Source: Amoebidium appalachense
Taxonomy: Eukaryota; Protista; Ichthyosporea
Reading direction: 5' to 3'
NCBI GenBank assembly: GCA_963693365.1
Contig: CAVNZM010000014.1
Span: forward strand, 248,001-312,000
Length of the DNA stretch: 64,000 nt
In this document: positions 1-12,558 of the stretch, one piece after another
How the letters are laid out: each line of letters starts with the position of its first letter
Numbering within the stretch: position 1 is the stretch's first letter
The notes under the pieces: generated by a model
The model's input: only the letters and a program-made list of their open reading frames with translations
What the model was told of the DNA's origin: nothing
The model's database searches: none
Program-made: the position numbers and the translations under genes

Positions 1-523
1 AGCGTCTGATGGTTCGCTTTAACTTGCCATCCTTGTCGGGGGGAGGAAGCTTGGTGGGCACGAAGGGATCATCCAAATCCATGTGGTTGGTGTAGTGGTG
101 GTGTTTGGCGTGAGACAGCTGCCATGAGAAGTAGGGCACATACAGGGCCGTGTGTAAGACATATCCGACCACATCGTTGAGTATTGGGTAGGCAGAAAAG
201 GCACCGTGTCCTGCTTCATGGGCGATGATCCACAGGCCAAACATGGTGGTGCCTTGGTAGAACCAGTATGCAGCCCACAGAAGCCATTGGATAAGTGGCT
301 GGCCGGAAAAGTATGAGTCGAGCTCGACTATTGCCCACGCACAGAAGATGAGTTCGGCAACATCAATGACGATGTGCGCAAACCCACGCAGGGCTGAGCG
401 CTCAAAACAATGGGGTGGGATCGCATCCTTGAGCGTCTTTTTTGTGAATGGAGGCGGGTTTGTGTGTGTGCTCTGCGTGGCTGCGCCTTCCCGCGAAATA
501 TGCGTAATGGGCTTACGACACAT
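1..523 (-). CDS. Membrane fatty acid desaturase, delta-12/omega-6 (FAD2-like) type; N-terminal part, runs off the window edge
   Basis: Manual translation from ATG at 523 is open to base 1 and absent from the ORF track: MCRKP...PPFTKKTLKDAIPPHCFERS...YWFYQGTTMFGLWIIAHEAGHGAFS...HTALYVPYFSWQLSHAKHHHYTN. It contains His boxes 1 (HEAGH) and 2 (HAKHH) and the AIPPHCFERS signature. No intron in this part. Confidence 0.93.
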   Translation of the reverse strand, partial: MCRKPITHISREGAATQSTHTNPPPFTKKTLKDAIPPHCFERSALRGFAHIVIDVAELIFCAWAIVELDSYFSGQPLIQWLLWAAYWFYQGTTMFGLWIIAHEAGHGAFSAYPILNDVVGYVLHTALYVPYFSWQLSHAKHHHYTNHMDLDDPFVPTKLPPPDKDGKLKRTIRR

Positions 524-1204
524 GATGCTAGGGCCGTCTCTGACAGAATAGTTTGTGGTGTTTTTGTGAAAACAAATAGGTGCAAGTGCGAGTGTTCTGT
601 AGAAAAAGACGAGACTACAGTAATGACTGATCCACGCAGTTGTTGGAGTATTTATAGGTGGTAAGAAGAAGGCAGATGATTGAATGTAACCGTTGCAATT
701 TTATTCTCTGGAATTTCGTCGAGCAATTCTATTGGCGCGCTTGAATACGGAATGTTCTAAACCAATCAGCGACGGGATATACACATTTCTTGCATACCAC
801 TTTCTTGGGCCGTCTCATCGGACACATTCCGGCCACCTACAGCACACTTTTGTTGCTGTAGAGACTAGAGACGCCGGGAGGCCTTGATTCGAACATAAAC
901 AACAAAATTTATCTCCGTCCGTTTAAATATATTCTCATAAATATATTGATACTTTTCAGCTCTATACCATGCTATCGATACCCATGCATGGCAATGGTGC
1001 ACTGCAGACGAAAGTTTACCCCACATCACGGCCATCTGGTGTTTCTAGATGGTCGTGCCCCATATGCATGCAGTGCACGTGTCACCCACAGGATAATGTT
1101 AATACTTAGGTTCTCATGACGGTACACCTGCCCACATGACAATGTTGGATGCAGGGCTACCGTATGATAATCGTCATGACAGGATCCTGTAGTGTTTTAT
1201 ATCG

Positions 1205-2071
<867 letters not shown>

Positions 2072-2430
2072 ACCTTCCATATTTTATGGTTGTCTTCGAG
2101 TATAGTACCTTATACCGTCTCGATTCGATATGAATTAATAATCCTAAAAATGCACCAGCTATAATATACATCATTCCTATACCTTTATTATCCCATTCCG
2201 AAATGAGCAAATCAATCTGGCTATTTCCGCTTTTCCTTTTTCTCAATTTTGCATTTCTCCCCAGTCGTATTTTCACAATTTCTGGATAAAACGAGATATT
2301 TAGACAAATAATCGCATTATGTCATTGCAACGTTGCTCTCTATTTTTCTATTTTCTCTATTTTTCATTTTTGCAGATTTCGGCATTTTTGCAATAACAAC
2401 CTTTTTACGAGTGAATGTGTAGCCTACTTG
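2072..2430 (+). mobile_element. Diverged homolog of the LINE 5' leader, inverted relative to copy 1
   Basis: 2189-2216 matches the reverse complement of 10211-10238 at 27/28 nt. Weaker colinear similarity continues (atttcggcatttttgcaata vs attttggaatttttgcaata near 9955-9975). Confidence 0.6.
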
Positions 2431-3149
2431 AAGCTTAAGTAAATATGGAGACAATGGCAAAGCTTAAGTAAATATGGAGACAGTGGCATCTCAAACTCTC
2501 ATTAGTCGTGATACACAGTTCACGCCCGTTTTTAGTTTCACGCCTGGGGCCAGAGTTGGCCCACCAGACTTGCATGGTATACGTGCAGGCTCGACTAAGC
2601 CACAGTAATAATGGTGAGTGTCGCTTTTGTACAGCTGCCCCCCCCCTAACCCCCTCCTGCTCCATCCCTCTCTGTCTCCCTCTCCCTTTCCACCCCTCCC
2701 TTCCTCCCTCCCCCTCCTGCTCCATCCCTCTCTGTCTCCCTCTCCCTTTCCACCCCTCCCTTCCTCCCTCCCCCCCCTCCCCCCCCCCCTCCCTCTCTCC
2801 CTCCCTCCCGCTACCTCGCTCTCTCACCCTCCCTCCCTCTCTCTCTCCCTCGTTCCCTCCCTCCTCCCCTCCCTCCCCCCTTCACCCCCGGCTCTCTGTC
2901 CCTCCCTCCCTCTTTCTCTCCTGTCCTCCTCTCCGAGTCCCTCTCGCACTCCCTCCCTTCTTTCCTCTCCCCCCCCCCCCCCCCCCATCTCCCCCCCTCT
3001 CTCTCCCTCCTCGTGCCCCCCCACTCTCTCCCTTCTGTGAATATTGAGGTTCCCCCACTTGCTGTCCGTCCGTCCATTGCTCCCTCTCTTTCCTTCCCCC
3101 CCCCTTCCTCCCCTCCCCTGTCTCTGTTTCTCGCCCCCTCCCTCCGCCC

Positions 3150-3193
<44 letters not shown>

Positions 3194-3838
3194 CCTCCAC
3201 CCAACCAACCCCACGTCTCGCTCCCTCCCTCCCTCGCTCCCTCGCTCCCGCTCCCTCCCTCTCCCCCCCTCCCCTCCCCCCCCCCCCTCCCCCTCTCTCT
3301 CTCTCACACACTCTCTGAGACTCTCTCTCTCTCTTCCCCTCCTCCCCCTCCCCTCCCCCCCCCCCCCCCCTCTCTCCCTCCTGCCACCTTTTTCTGCTTT
3401 CTTATTGTCTGGCTGGGCTACGTCCTGTTCTAACTTTTAGCTCTCGAAATGTCTGAACACTTGTGCCTTTTCGTCTCTTGCCCCCATTTCCTTTTCTGTC
3501 CAAGTATTCTGTGTGAGGCATCTAAGGGAGTGGGCAGGCTCGTGTGTGCAACGGCAACAGATAGTGTTGGCTCTTGCATTTGTCTTTTTGCAAAATTTTT
3601 GTGTGCATGGCTGTCATGGCCCACACACGTGCGAGTGCTTGCCGTATGCACAGGTGTTTCTTACTTCCCCCGTCTGTCTCTTTAACATGTCAATGGTTCC
3701 TAGTCCTGTCTGCTTGTCGTTGCACACACATGCGTATGGTGGGTGGATAGCGGGCAAAGTGGTGTGTGCCCTTTGTTTTGCAATGACTGATTTATATTGT
3801 CCGTCATGAAAAAAACAAGGCATTCTAACCCTTTTTAA

Positions 3839-3872
<34 letters not shown>

Positions 3873-4086
3873 ACCACCACCACCACCACCACCACTACGA
3901 CACACACAGTCACACACACACACACACACACAACACTTACATGCACAAAAGGTCGTCGCCCCATTCTTTGTGCTGTTCCTCCTTTATTCCTATCTTGTTT
4001 CCATCTGGACCTCCTTATTGTTTATTTCCCCCCGTGCCCAGCCCTCAGTCTTGGACTTCTCGTTATCGACGATCTCTCTCTCTCTC

Positions 4087-4120
<34 letters not shown>

Positions 4121-5415
4121 TTTTCCCCCCCTCACACATAATTAGTGACCTTCGCGTGCACCACACACACACAAGCATGCGCGCACGCACACACACACAC
4201 CGCCACACACACACACACACATACACACACACGTGTACACACACCCACACACCCACACACCCACACACACGTGTGTGCGTGCTCAAAATGAGGGCGGCGT
4301 GTAAGATTATTCATGCTACATGTGCACACGACCACACCACACACAATGCTTGTAGGTTCGTCAGGACGTGAAGGTTGTAAACGAATAAAAAGGTACATGC
4401 TCTCTTTTTCTTATGGACAAAGGTACAGAGCAAAGTGCAACTGTTGTGCTTGTTGTCCCGGTGACTGCAAGTTCAACAGCTACCACAAAGCACGCATGCT
4501 TGCCCCCCTCCCCCCCTCCCCCCCTCCCCCCTCCCCCCCCCCCCCCCCTCCCCCCCTCCCCCCCCCCCCCCCCTCTCTCTCTCTCGCTCTCTCCACTCCC
4601 CCCCCCCCCCCCCCCCCCCCCCTCCCTCCCTTCCTCCGCTTCCGCTTTGGCTTCCTCCCTCCCTCCCTCCCACCCTCGGAGTCCCTCCCTCCCTACCCCC
4701 ATACCTCCCTCCCTCCCTCCCTCCCTCCCTCCACTCCTCTCACTCTTTCTGTGCATGTGTATGTGTGTGTCTGTATACGTACGTCTGTATACGGAGGGGA
4801 GGATGGGTTACTGTGGTTGCAACTAACCTCACCTTTGTCAGTGAAGCCTCCATCAACCAGAGCTTTGAGCTCTTCTCGATTGGTACACAGTTCCAATGCT
4901 TTTGGTGGCGCCATGCCGGTTACAAGTTTAACTCTTGCAGCAGCGTCAACAACTTGATAAGACCAGGGACTTCGTAATAACAGGAACGGCTATTCGTACC
5001 GTGAAAGAGAGACCAGCCAGCAGTAGGCCCGTGAGCCAAGAATTACAAGGTGCAGTCGCGACTAACTGGCCACCATTCTTTGAACATGACTAGTGCAGTC
5101 GCCTATTGCAACCCAACGTTAACTGTTTAACCATTGCCCAACCCAACGGTCAACGGTCAGCTCGCCGTCGACGGTCACGTAAAACCAACAAAAATAACAT
5201 CTGCTTACACGCATATGGCAGAGGGGTTTACGCTGTTTACTCGAGGCAAAGAGAACCAGTCTCAGGTAGGGGGGGGGGGTTTGCTCGGAATATCCCCTCA
5301 GCGGTATATCATGATCACGTACATAGATGTCGGGTGGTGACTATATATCAGGGTTTACTTTCTCTACGAGACACCATAAAGACTACAAGGAGAAATCAAT
5401 TAGTTGGGGTTCCCC

Positions 5416-5453
<38 letters not shown>

Positions 5454-5619
5454 TTTTTTATTATTTTTTTTTTTATTTTTTATTTTTTTTTTGTTTTTTT
5501 TTATTTATTTATTTTTTTTTTTTTTTTTTTTTTTAAAGGGGCTCCCCTCGGGACACTCGGTATCAGCTGGTTGTGTGTGTGTGTGTGTGTGTGTGTTTGT
5601 GTGTGTGTGTGCGCGTGCG

Positions 5620-8600
5620 CTATAGTTTTGTAGTGATGTGTTTCTCAAGCCAATCAATACATCTAATAAACAGGTCGTAGTTACGCGTGTTTAGTATAAA
5701 ATCAAGGATGTTGTAATTTACAGGTAGGCTATCTTTCTGGGTGTCTGTTGTGAATGTGACGTGTGTGTGTTGCGGTATTATGTGGTCTATCAAACTACAT
5801 TTGGCGATACATGACCGGTTAAACTGGTGTGTGTGTGTGTTGTTTGGGCATGCAAATGATGCCACCTTATACTTATTAGATCTCCACTGTATAGCACGTG
5901 TACAGTAAAAGCGTGGTAATTGATCAATAATACCATCAGCTAGAGAAAGACCAGTTCTACAGGAAGGTAATATGTATTTAGGTGTTATACACTTGCGAGT
6001 GCCATATTTGGCAATATGGTTGAGGCGGTCAGTATATATAAAACGAGACATAAGGCTTAGTTTTTCAAGGTGTATGCTTTCATCGGGTCTAGTGTCGTGT
6101 GGTATCTTTTTCCATTTGTTATATTGCGTGATTATCTTGTGATTGTGTACATGTTTAATAAGTAAGTGGCAGTCCAAAGTCACACACACACTATTGCGGG
6201 GTTTATTTGTATTTGTGCCCAGGGGAGAAGGGGAGAGAGAGGGGAGGAAAGAGGGGAGAGGTGAGGAGGGGACAGGTCGGATAGAGAAGAGAGGGTGGGA
6301 GGGCAAATACTTCTTTAAGCGGCTTATGTGCTTATTGAATTTCAACGCGAGATAGGATACTCTAGCAGCTATTGGGACCAGACCATATATCGAGAGCGTT
6401 ACAGGCCCAGGTTTACAACAGTTGTTAGATAGAAAGGAGGCAACTTCTGCTTCAAGGAAATTTGCCAAGGGTTTAAGCGCTCTAGTTCTCTCTTTCTTGA
6501 TCCAAGCGGCGAGAAGGGGTAAACCATATTCACATGCCGGGAAGACAAAAGTGCGAATAAATGTAAGTCTAATAGAAGGATAGAAGGATGGAGGGGTGTG
6601 TCTTTAAAAATATTAGCCGAGAAGAAAGCTAACCGCTTACGAGCCAACTCTACCCTCTTTTCGACCATATGGGGAAACATAACACCAACAGAATCAACCG
6701 GAACACCAAGATATTTGTATTCTGGAACTATAGGTACAGGTTTAGATGATAATGTAAATGTGTGTAAATTGTTAGCTATATCAGGTACAAGAACACCACA
6801 TTTGTCTATGTTAAGGATCATAAGGTTTGCCTTGCACCACTCTGACACTACATCGAACAATCTTTGCAGGCGTCTAGGGGTACGGGCAAGGAGGGACAGA
6901 TCATCAGCATAGAGAAGTGCAGGCGGAAAGTTATTAATAGGGTCATCGTTTTCGGCGTAAATCTTGACAGCCAAATCATCTATAAATAGGTTAAACAAAA
7001 AGGGGCTAAGCAATGAACCCTGCAAGAGACCTCTAGTACGAGCAAAACCATATGAAAGATGCCCATTAACCACAGCTCTACCATAGGTTTGAGACAAGAG
7101 TGCTTCTAACAGAACACCAATGCAGTGTGGTACACCCCGTGCAGCAAGCTTTTCCCATAGGAGACCAGGGGAGACAGAATCGTAAGCAGTTTTCCAATCA
7201 ATAAAGCCAACATATTGTGCACCAACTTGCATAGAATCGTGCAGTGCCATTATTTGAACATAACATGAATTGTTTTTACGAAAAGCGGATTGGCATGGGT
7301 GTATGTGAAGAATAGATTGAAACCTAGGGTGATGTGCAAATAACCTAAGTAAGCAAGCTTCAAAGAATCTACGAACAACCTGGGTTAGTGTAATGGGGCG
7401 AAAGGATGATATGGGGCCCTCAGAGTCCTTCTTAACTATGGGGATCACTAAGGTATCTAACCAAGATGACGGGACATGTCCACATTTAACACACCAAGAA
7501 AAGAGAGAGCTTAACATGATAGTAAGATCAGGTTTAATAGCACGATCACTTTCCTTTTGTGGGTAGGAGGGAACAAGGATTTTAAGAAACCCAGCAGGGA
7601 GTCCATCAGGTCCACAAGACTTACTAGAGCTATAACTAGATATCACAGACCATATGGCATCGGGACTGAAAAAGGGGAGGATCGATTCTATGGGGATAGA
7701 TGGGTCTACAGGCCACACAATAGGTTTCTGAGCGGGGGTCCTATCTTTAAACAGTTCCGAGAAATACTTATCAGAGTCTATGAGGGGGTCTCCAGTGGTA
7801 TCACCAATAATACGAGCAGGGGGGCCAAATCGATTCATACTAGCAAGCCGGCGCAAGCTTTCCTTTTGAGACAGGGGTTCACCTAGTCTAGCGGGAGTGG
7901 TGTTTGGTAACAAGAGAGCATCGGGATATTCCTTCCTACCACCGCCAGCATAATCACCGAGATCTATCAAATCATCAACAATAAAGTTAGTGCATGTATC
8001 TAGTACGAGATGTGAATCTGGCCTGGCTTGTGCAGATTCTAATAGGCGCATATATATAGGGTGTTTCGTAGCATAGCATACACATACATCAACTCTACCC
8101 CACTGTGACTTAAGCTGGGATAGACGGAGGCGAAAGGTGGGAGGGGGAGGGGGGAGCAGATCAAGGGAGATCTTAGGTAGGAAAAGGATAGGAGAGTGGT
8201 CAGATGACCTAGAGAGGTTAGGAGGGAGAGAGAGTTTTGACATGGTTGATGGCCAAAAGGCCACTCCCCAGTCGGTGTTGTGGGCATGGGATATTTGAGG
8301 GAACCGCAAAGTGTGACTTTGGACATACCTTGCTAAAGGGATAGCACGCTCCGGGGGCTTAGATGGGTACCCGACACTCACTTGCAGTGTGTCTGTGTGG
8401 TGGAGTCGCGTGTTAAAATCACCTAAAATAACAGTGGACATTGGTAACTGTGACAACTCGTGAGTCAATTCGACAACCGACATAGATGGTGGGTAATATA
8501 CAAAAGTAAAAACATTAGAAAGAAACTCTATAGAAACCGAGAATTCCGTTTTTGCTACCGGTTTGCACTTCACTCTCACGTGTGGTGCGGCAAGTACAAT

Positions 8601-8822
8601 AATGCCTCGGTTTTTCGCGTAACCGGGGTGTGTGGATGTGTCGACCAATGTAGAGTTGAATTTGTGGTGGTTTTTAAACTGTGTTTCGCAAATCACTGTA
8701 AACGTGTGGTTGTTTGTCTGTTGTTGTATGTAGCTGATTTTATCGTCGAGTGTCCCGGGGGGGAGGCCCTTTTGGGGGCCCAGTGTCCGAGCATTCCAGA
8801 AGAAGAAGGATAAATTAGGCAT
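5620..8822 (-). pseudogene. LINE ORF2: AP-like endonuclease, reverse transcriptase and Cys/His-containing C-terminus (~1064 aa once one frameshift is corrected)
   Basis: APE motifs WNART, ICETQ, GDFN, SDH. RT motifs GPDGLP, FRPITL, FIDWKTAYDSV, GLLQGSLLSP, YADD, YKYLGV. An 8-bp duplication (tagaagga x2, 6573-6588) breaks the frame and is absent in copies 3 and 4, which read through PACEYG. Confidence 0.93.
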
Positions 8823-9981
8823 CGGTTTGGTCCGACACCTGTGGGGTTGGTTCCCACTTGTCGCTTACGGGGTCGTATGCACGACCTTCCGCCAGCGCGA
8901 ACAGTTCGCAGAAGAGCTCGATTTCCATCTCGCATCGGCGTTTGCGCTCGAGCAGTTTCTCACCAGAAAACATTGGTTCCTTCGTGTCCGTGTCTATCAC
9001 GCTCGTAGCATCGTTTTCCAACTTTGCGAGGAACTCTTTTGCCTTGCTGATGCGTACACGACAACGTGTGGCGCACGCATTCTTAGCAGACACTTTACGT
9101 TCTTTGTCTGCTTTCTGAATGTTTTCCGGCGCGCATGGGTCGTAGCTTGGGAGGTGGGTGAAGAAGCTTCCACACCCCTTTGTCGCGTCACGGATGAACG
9201 CACGGTTATAGTCGCCCCGTACTGCTATTTCCAGCACATCGTATCCAATGAAGGACAGACAAAGGATGCGAGAGCACCGGAAGCCGAGAGCCTTGAAGAT
9301 GGACCACATGGCCCTGTGTGGGCGTCTGCCGTGCTTGACTTTGAAATACACCCTCTCGTATTTGGGTGGGATGTTGATGTTACCGTTTGCTTGGGTGTTC
9401 CCCTTAGCCGGCGGTTTGGGAGGGGAGTTGCGGCGGTACTCGTTGCCTGCAAGAATGCTGGCATATGTTTCCTTGGCAATTTGGCGGAGCTCGGGTGTTT
9501 TACGAGAGTTCGCATATTCTAGGAACTCTGCCGGGAGCTGTGCTTCCGGTCCTGTGTTGTTTTGTGTTGGGGTGGAAATGTCTCCGTCGCGAGATGTTTG
9601 CTCATGAGTTTTGGGGTTTTGCGATCCACTAATGTTTAGCTGGGCTGTGAGTGAATCAATGGTGAGCTTGAGTTGGGTATTTTCTGTTTGGAGTTTTTCT
9701 ATCATGTTCTTGAGTGGTAACAGCTCATTTAGCTGTTTCTTAACGAGGGCAAGTTCTGCCAGTACTGTATCAACCGAAAGTTTCGGGATGGTTGTTATTG
9801 TGTTTCTACGGAGTGGTGTGGTGTTATTCTGAATGGGTAGTGTATTGTAAATAGGTGTTGCGCTTAGTCTAAGGCGATGTTTTTCTGGTTGTGCATCTGT
9901 GGTAGGTGTATACGTCGAAAAAAGCCAAAAATGGGAAAAAGGATAAATTGGCGATATTGCAAAAATTCCAAAATAGCGCAA
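8815..9981 (-). CDS. LINE ORF1 (coiled-coil N-terminus, basic nucleic-acid-binding-like C-terminal region); first in-frame ATG at 9705
   Basis: 388-codon stop-free frame immediately upstream of ORF2, with heptad Leu repeats (LAELALVKKQLNELL...LQTENTQLKLTIDSL). Its stop overlaps the ORF2 ATG. Confidence 0.85.
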   Translation of the reverse strand: MRYFGIFAISPIYPFSHFWLFSTYTPTTDAQPEKHRLRLSATPIYNTLPIQNNTTPLRRNTITTIPKLSVDTVLAELALVKKQLNELLPLKNMIEKLQTENTQLKLTIDSLTAQLNISGSQNPKTHEQTSRDGDISTPTQNNTGPEAQLPAEFLEYANSRKTPELRQIAKETYASILAGNEYRRNSPPKPPAKGNTQANGNINIPPKYERVYFKVKHGRRPHRAMWSIFKALGFRCSRILCLSFIGYDVLEIAVRGDYNRAFIRDATKGCGSFFTHLPSYDPCAPENIQKADKERKVSAKNACATRCRVRISKAKEFLAKLENDATSVIDTDTKEPMFSGEKLLERKRRCEMEIELFCELFALAEGRAYDPVSDKWEPTPQVSDQTDA

Positions 9982-10513
9982 CTAGAACCGAACCGTCGAA
10001 ATGATCTTGAAAATACGAGTAAATCGATAAAATCGATATATCCTGATATTTTGAAATGCATTTTATGGGTTTTCAAAAATCGTTTATCCGTTGAATGATA
10101 TTTCAAAAATGTGAAAATTTTAGAATTTATCAGCAGAATATTTGGCATATCTCACTAAAGTTTATGAAGAAAAGGAAAAATGCGAAAATGGAAATGAGGA
10201 AAAAGCCCATATTGATTTGCTCGTTTCGGAATGGGATAGGATGTATCGAAAATACTCATTCTTGTGTTTATGATGCCTTCGTTATTCTTTCCTACTAATT
10301 GAGTACTATTAACATAGTACTTTCCCTTCATTACAATTTAAGATTTTTATTAAGTCCATAAATTCCAAATTATGATTTGCTAAAATTCCAAAATTGACAT
10401 TTTTCGGATTTTTGACATTTTCTGGATTTAGGATTTTTATTTTCATCTTATATAGCGTGACGAAAGCTTAGAATAAGAGTAGAGGAGAGAGGAGAAGGGT
10501 ATCGTGAGGGGCC

Positions 10514-11357
10514 AGGTGAGGAGGGACAGGTCGGATAGAGAAGAGAGGGTGGGAGGGCAAATACTTCTTTAAGCGGCTTATGTGCTTATTGAATTTCAGC
10601 GCGAGATGGGATACTCTAGCAGCTATTGGGACCAGACCACATATCGAGAGCGTTACAGGCCCAGGTTTACAACAGTTGTTAGATAGAAAGGAGGCAACTT
10701 CTGCTTCACGGAAATTTGCCAAGGGTTTAAGCGCTCTAGTTCTCTCTTTCTTGATCCAAGCGGCGAGAAGGGGTAAACCATATTCACAAGCCGGGAAGAC
10801 AAAAATGCGAATAAATGTAAGTCTAATAGAAGGACGGAGGGGTGTGTCTTTAAAAATATTAGCCGAGAAGAAAGCTAACCGCTTACGAGCCAACTCTACC
10901 CTCTTTTCGACCATATGGGAAAACATAGCACCAACAGAATTAACCGGAACACCAAGATATTTGTATTCTGGAACTATAGGTACAGGTTTAGATGATAATG
11001 TAAATATGTGTATAATGTTAGCTATATCAGGTACAAGAACACCCGGTGACATTTGTCTATGTTAAGGATCATAAGGTTTGCCTTGCACCACTCTGACACT
11101 ACATCGAACAATCTTTGCAGGCGTCTAGGGGTACGGGCAAGGAGGGACAGATCATCCGCATAGAGAAGTGCAGGCGGAAAGTTATTAATGGGGTCATCAT
11201 TTTCGGCATAAATCTTGACAGCCAAATCATCTATAAATAGGTTAAACAAAAATAACCCTGCAAGAGACCTCGCGTACGAGCAAAACCATATGAAAGATGC
11301 CCATTAACCACAGGTCTACCATAGGTTTGAGACAAGAGTGCTTCTAACAGAACGCCA
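10514..11357 (-). mobile_element. LINE copy 3: internal ORF2 (RT) fragment, degenerate
   Basis: High identity to 6259-~7120 (YADD region) with indels near 11043 and 11250. Truncated at both ends. Confidence 0.92.
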
Positions 11358-11503
11358 TATGCACGTACGCGTGCACTGCAGCTGTTCACGCGAGCTTGTG
11401 TGCATGTGTGCATTCATAGTGTGCTATATGTCATATTACATTGTGTGCACGTCTATTTCACTAGCGGCGTGTGTGTGTGTGTGTGTGCGTGTGTGACACT
11501 GTG

Positions 11504-11540
<37 letters not shown>

Positions 11541-11927
11541 TGCTGTACAAGCCCCATAAACGTACAAAGTTGGGCATGCACACACATGCATTGCCCACAC
11601 ACCATGCATCGTTCGTGAGGGAAATTATTCTTGATTTACGCAAATAGAGGTGCCCAAGCAACCAGCGCCTGCCACCCTGCCACACACGTGCTTTGTAATC
11701 ACATCAAAGTCTAACTAACGTGCACACATGCCGAGAGATTGAGTTCAATCGATCGATGCTGTGCATTCAACTATCCCAGAGTTCAACGAAACAAATATGC
11801 AAAGCGCCCATCCTCAGCCCGTTGGGCCAACCAAATTCTTTCCTACCACCCACTCTTCTCTACCTGCTTCGATCTCCGATTCATTTATTATATCTTTTCG
11901 CATAGTGCTCCCCCCCCCCCCCCCCCC

Positions 11928-11961
<34 letters not shown>

Positions 11962-12083
11962 ACAAACAAAACAAAACAAAACAAACAAAACAAAACAAAA
12001 CAAAACACCCACCCACCACCCACACACACACCATAAAACAAGCCAACAACAAACACAACAAGCAAAGTATCCCAGTCCCTACG

Positions 12084-12373
12084 CTACTTCTTAACCCTAC
12101 TGAACGCCTGTGTGTTGCTGAAATATCTCATAGCATCCTCTCCCTTCTTCTCAGCCGCATTGGGGTTAATAATCTCTAGCCCCTGCACGGGGTGTGAATG
12201 CAATACTTGACGCCGTGCCTGCGCCCGTCTCTCTAATTCTCGTGGATATGCCTGTGGCAAGGCCGCTGACCTCTTTGGCCTTTTGCAGTTCTCTCTGTAG
12301 ACGCTTGCTGATGGTCGTCTTCGTCTTGTCGTCGATCGTGGGCGCACGGATCTGTAGGTGTGTGTGTGTGTGG

Positions 12374-12430
<57 letters not shown>

Positions 12431-12501
12431 TGTGTGTGTGTGTGTACGTATGTGTGTGTGTGGTATACTCGCGAGAGCGAGCGTGCATTCATTTTTGTGT
12501 G

Positions 12502-12558
<57 letters not shown>

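Larger units (their letters stand above)
5222..10510 (-). mobile_element. LINE copy 2: near full-length non-LTR retrotransposon (5' leader, ORF1, ORF2 APE-RT, 3'UTR); 5' boundary approximate
   Basis: Two tandem minus-strand ORFs with endonuclease and RT motifs. The 3' boundary is defined by sequence shared with copy 4 (61176). AT-rich leader at ~9900-10510. No convincing TSD seen. Confidence 0.93.

Noticed and set aside
5540-5572. Hammerhead-like CUGA in the LINE 3'UTR
   Set aside because: It reads CUGAUAC rather than CUGAnGA, and no GAAA/NUH core with the proper stems was found.
8827-9522. 231-aa antisense ORF over LINE ORF1
   Set aside because: No recognisable motifs, and antisense shadows of coding regions are common.
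12186-12195. +1 frameshift in the last PRPF31 exon (possible programmed frameshift or pseudogene)
   Set aside because: It is a single extra C in a short run in an essential, otherwise intact gene, and similar run errors appear elsewhere. It is most simply a sequencing error, to be checked with short reads.
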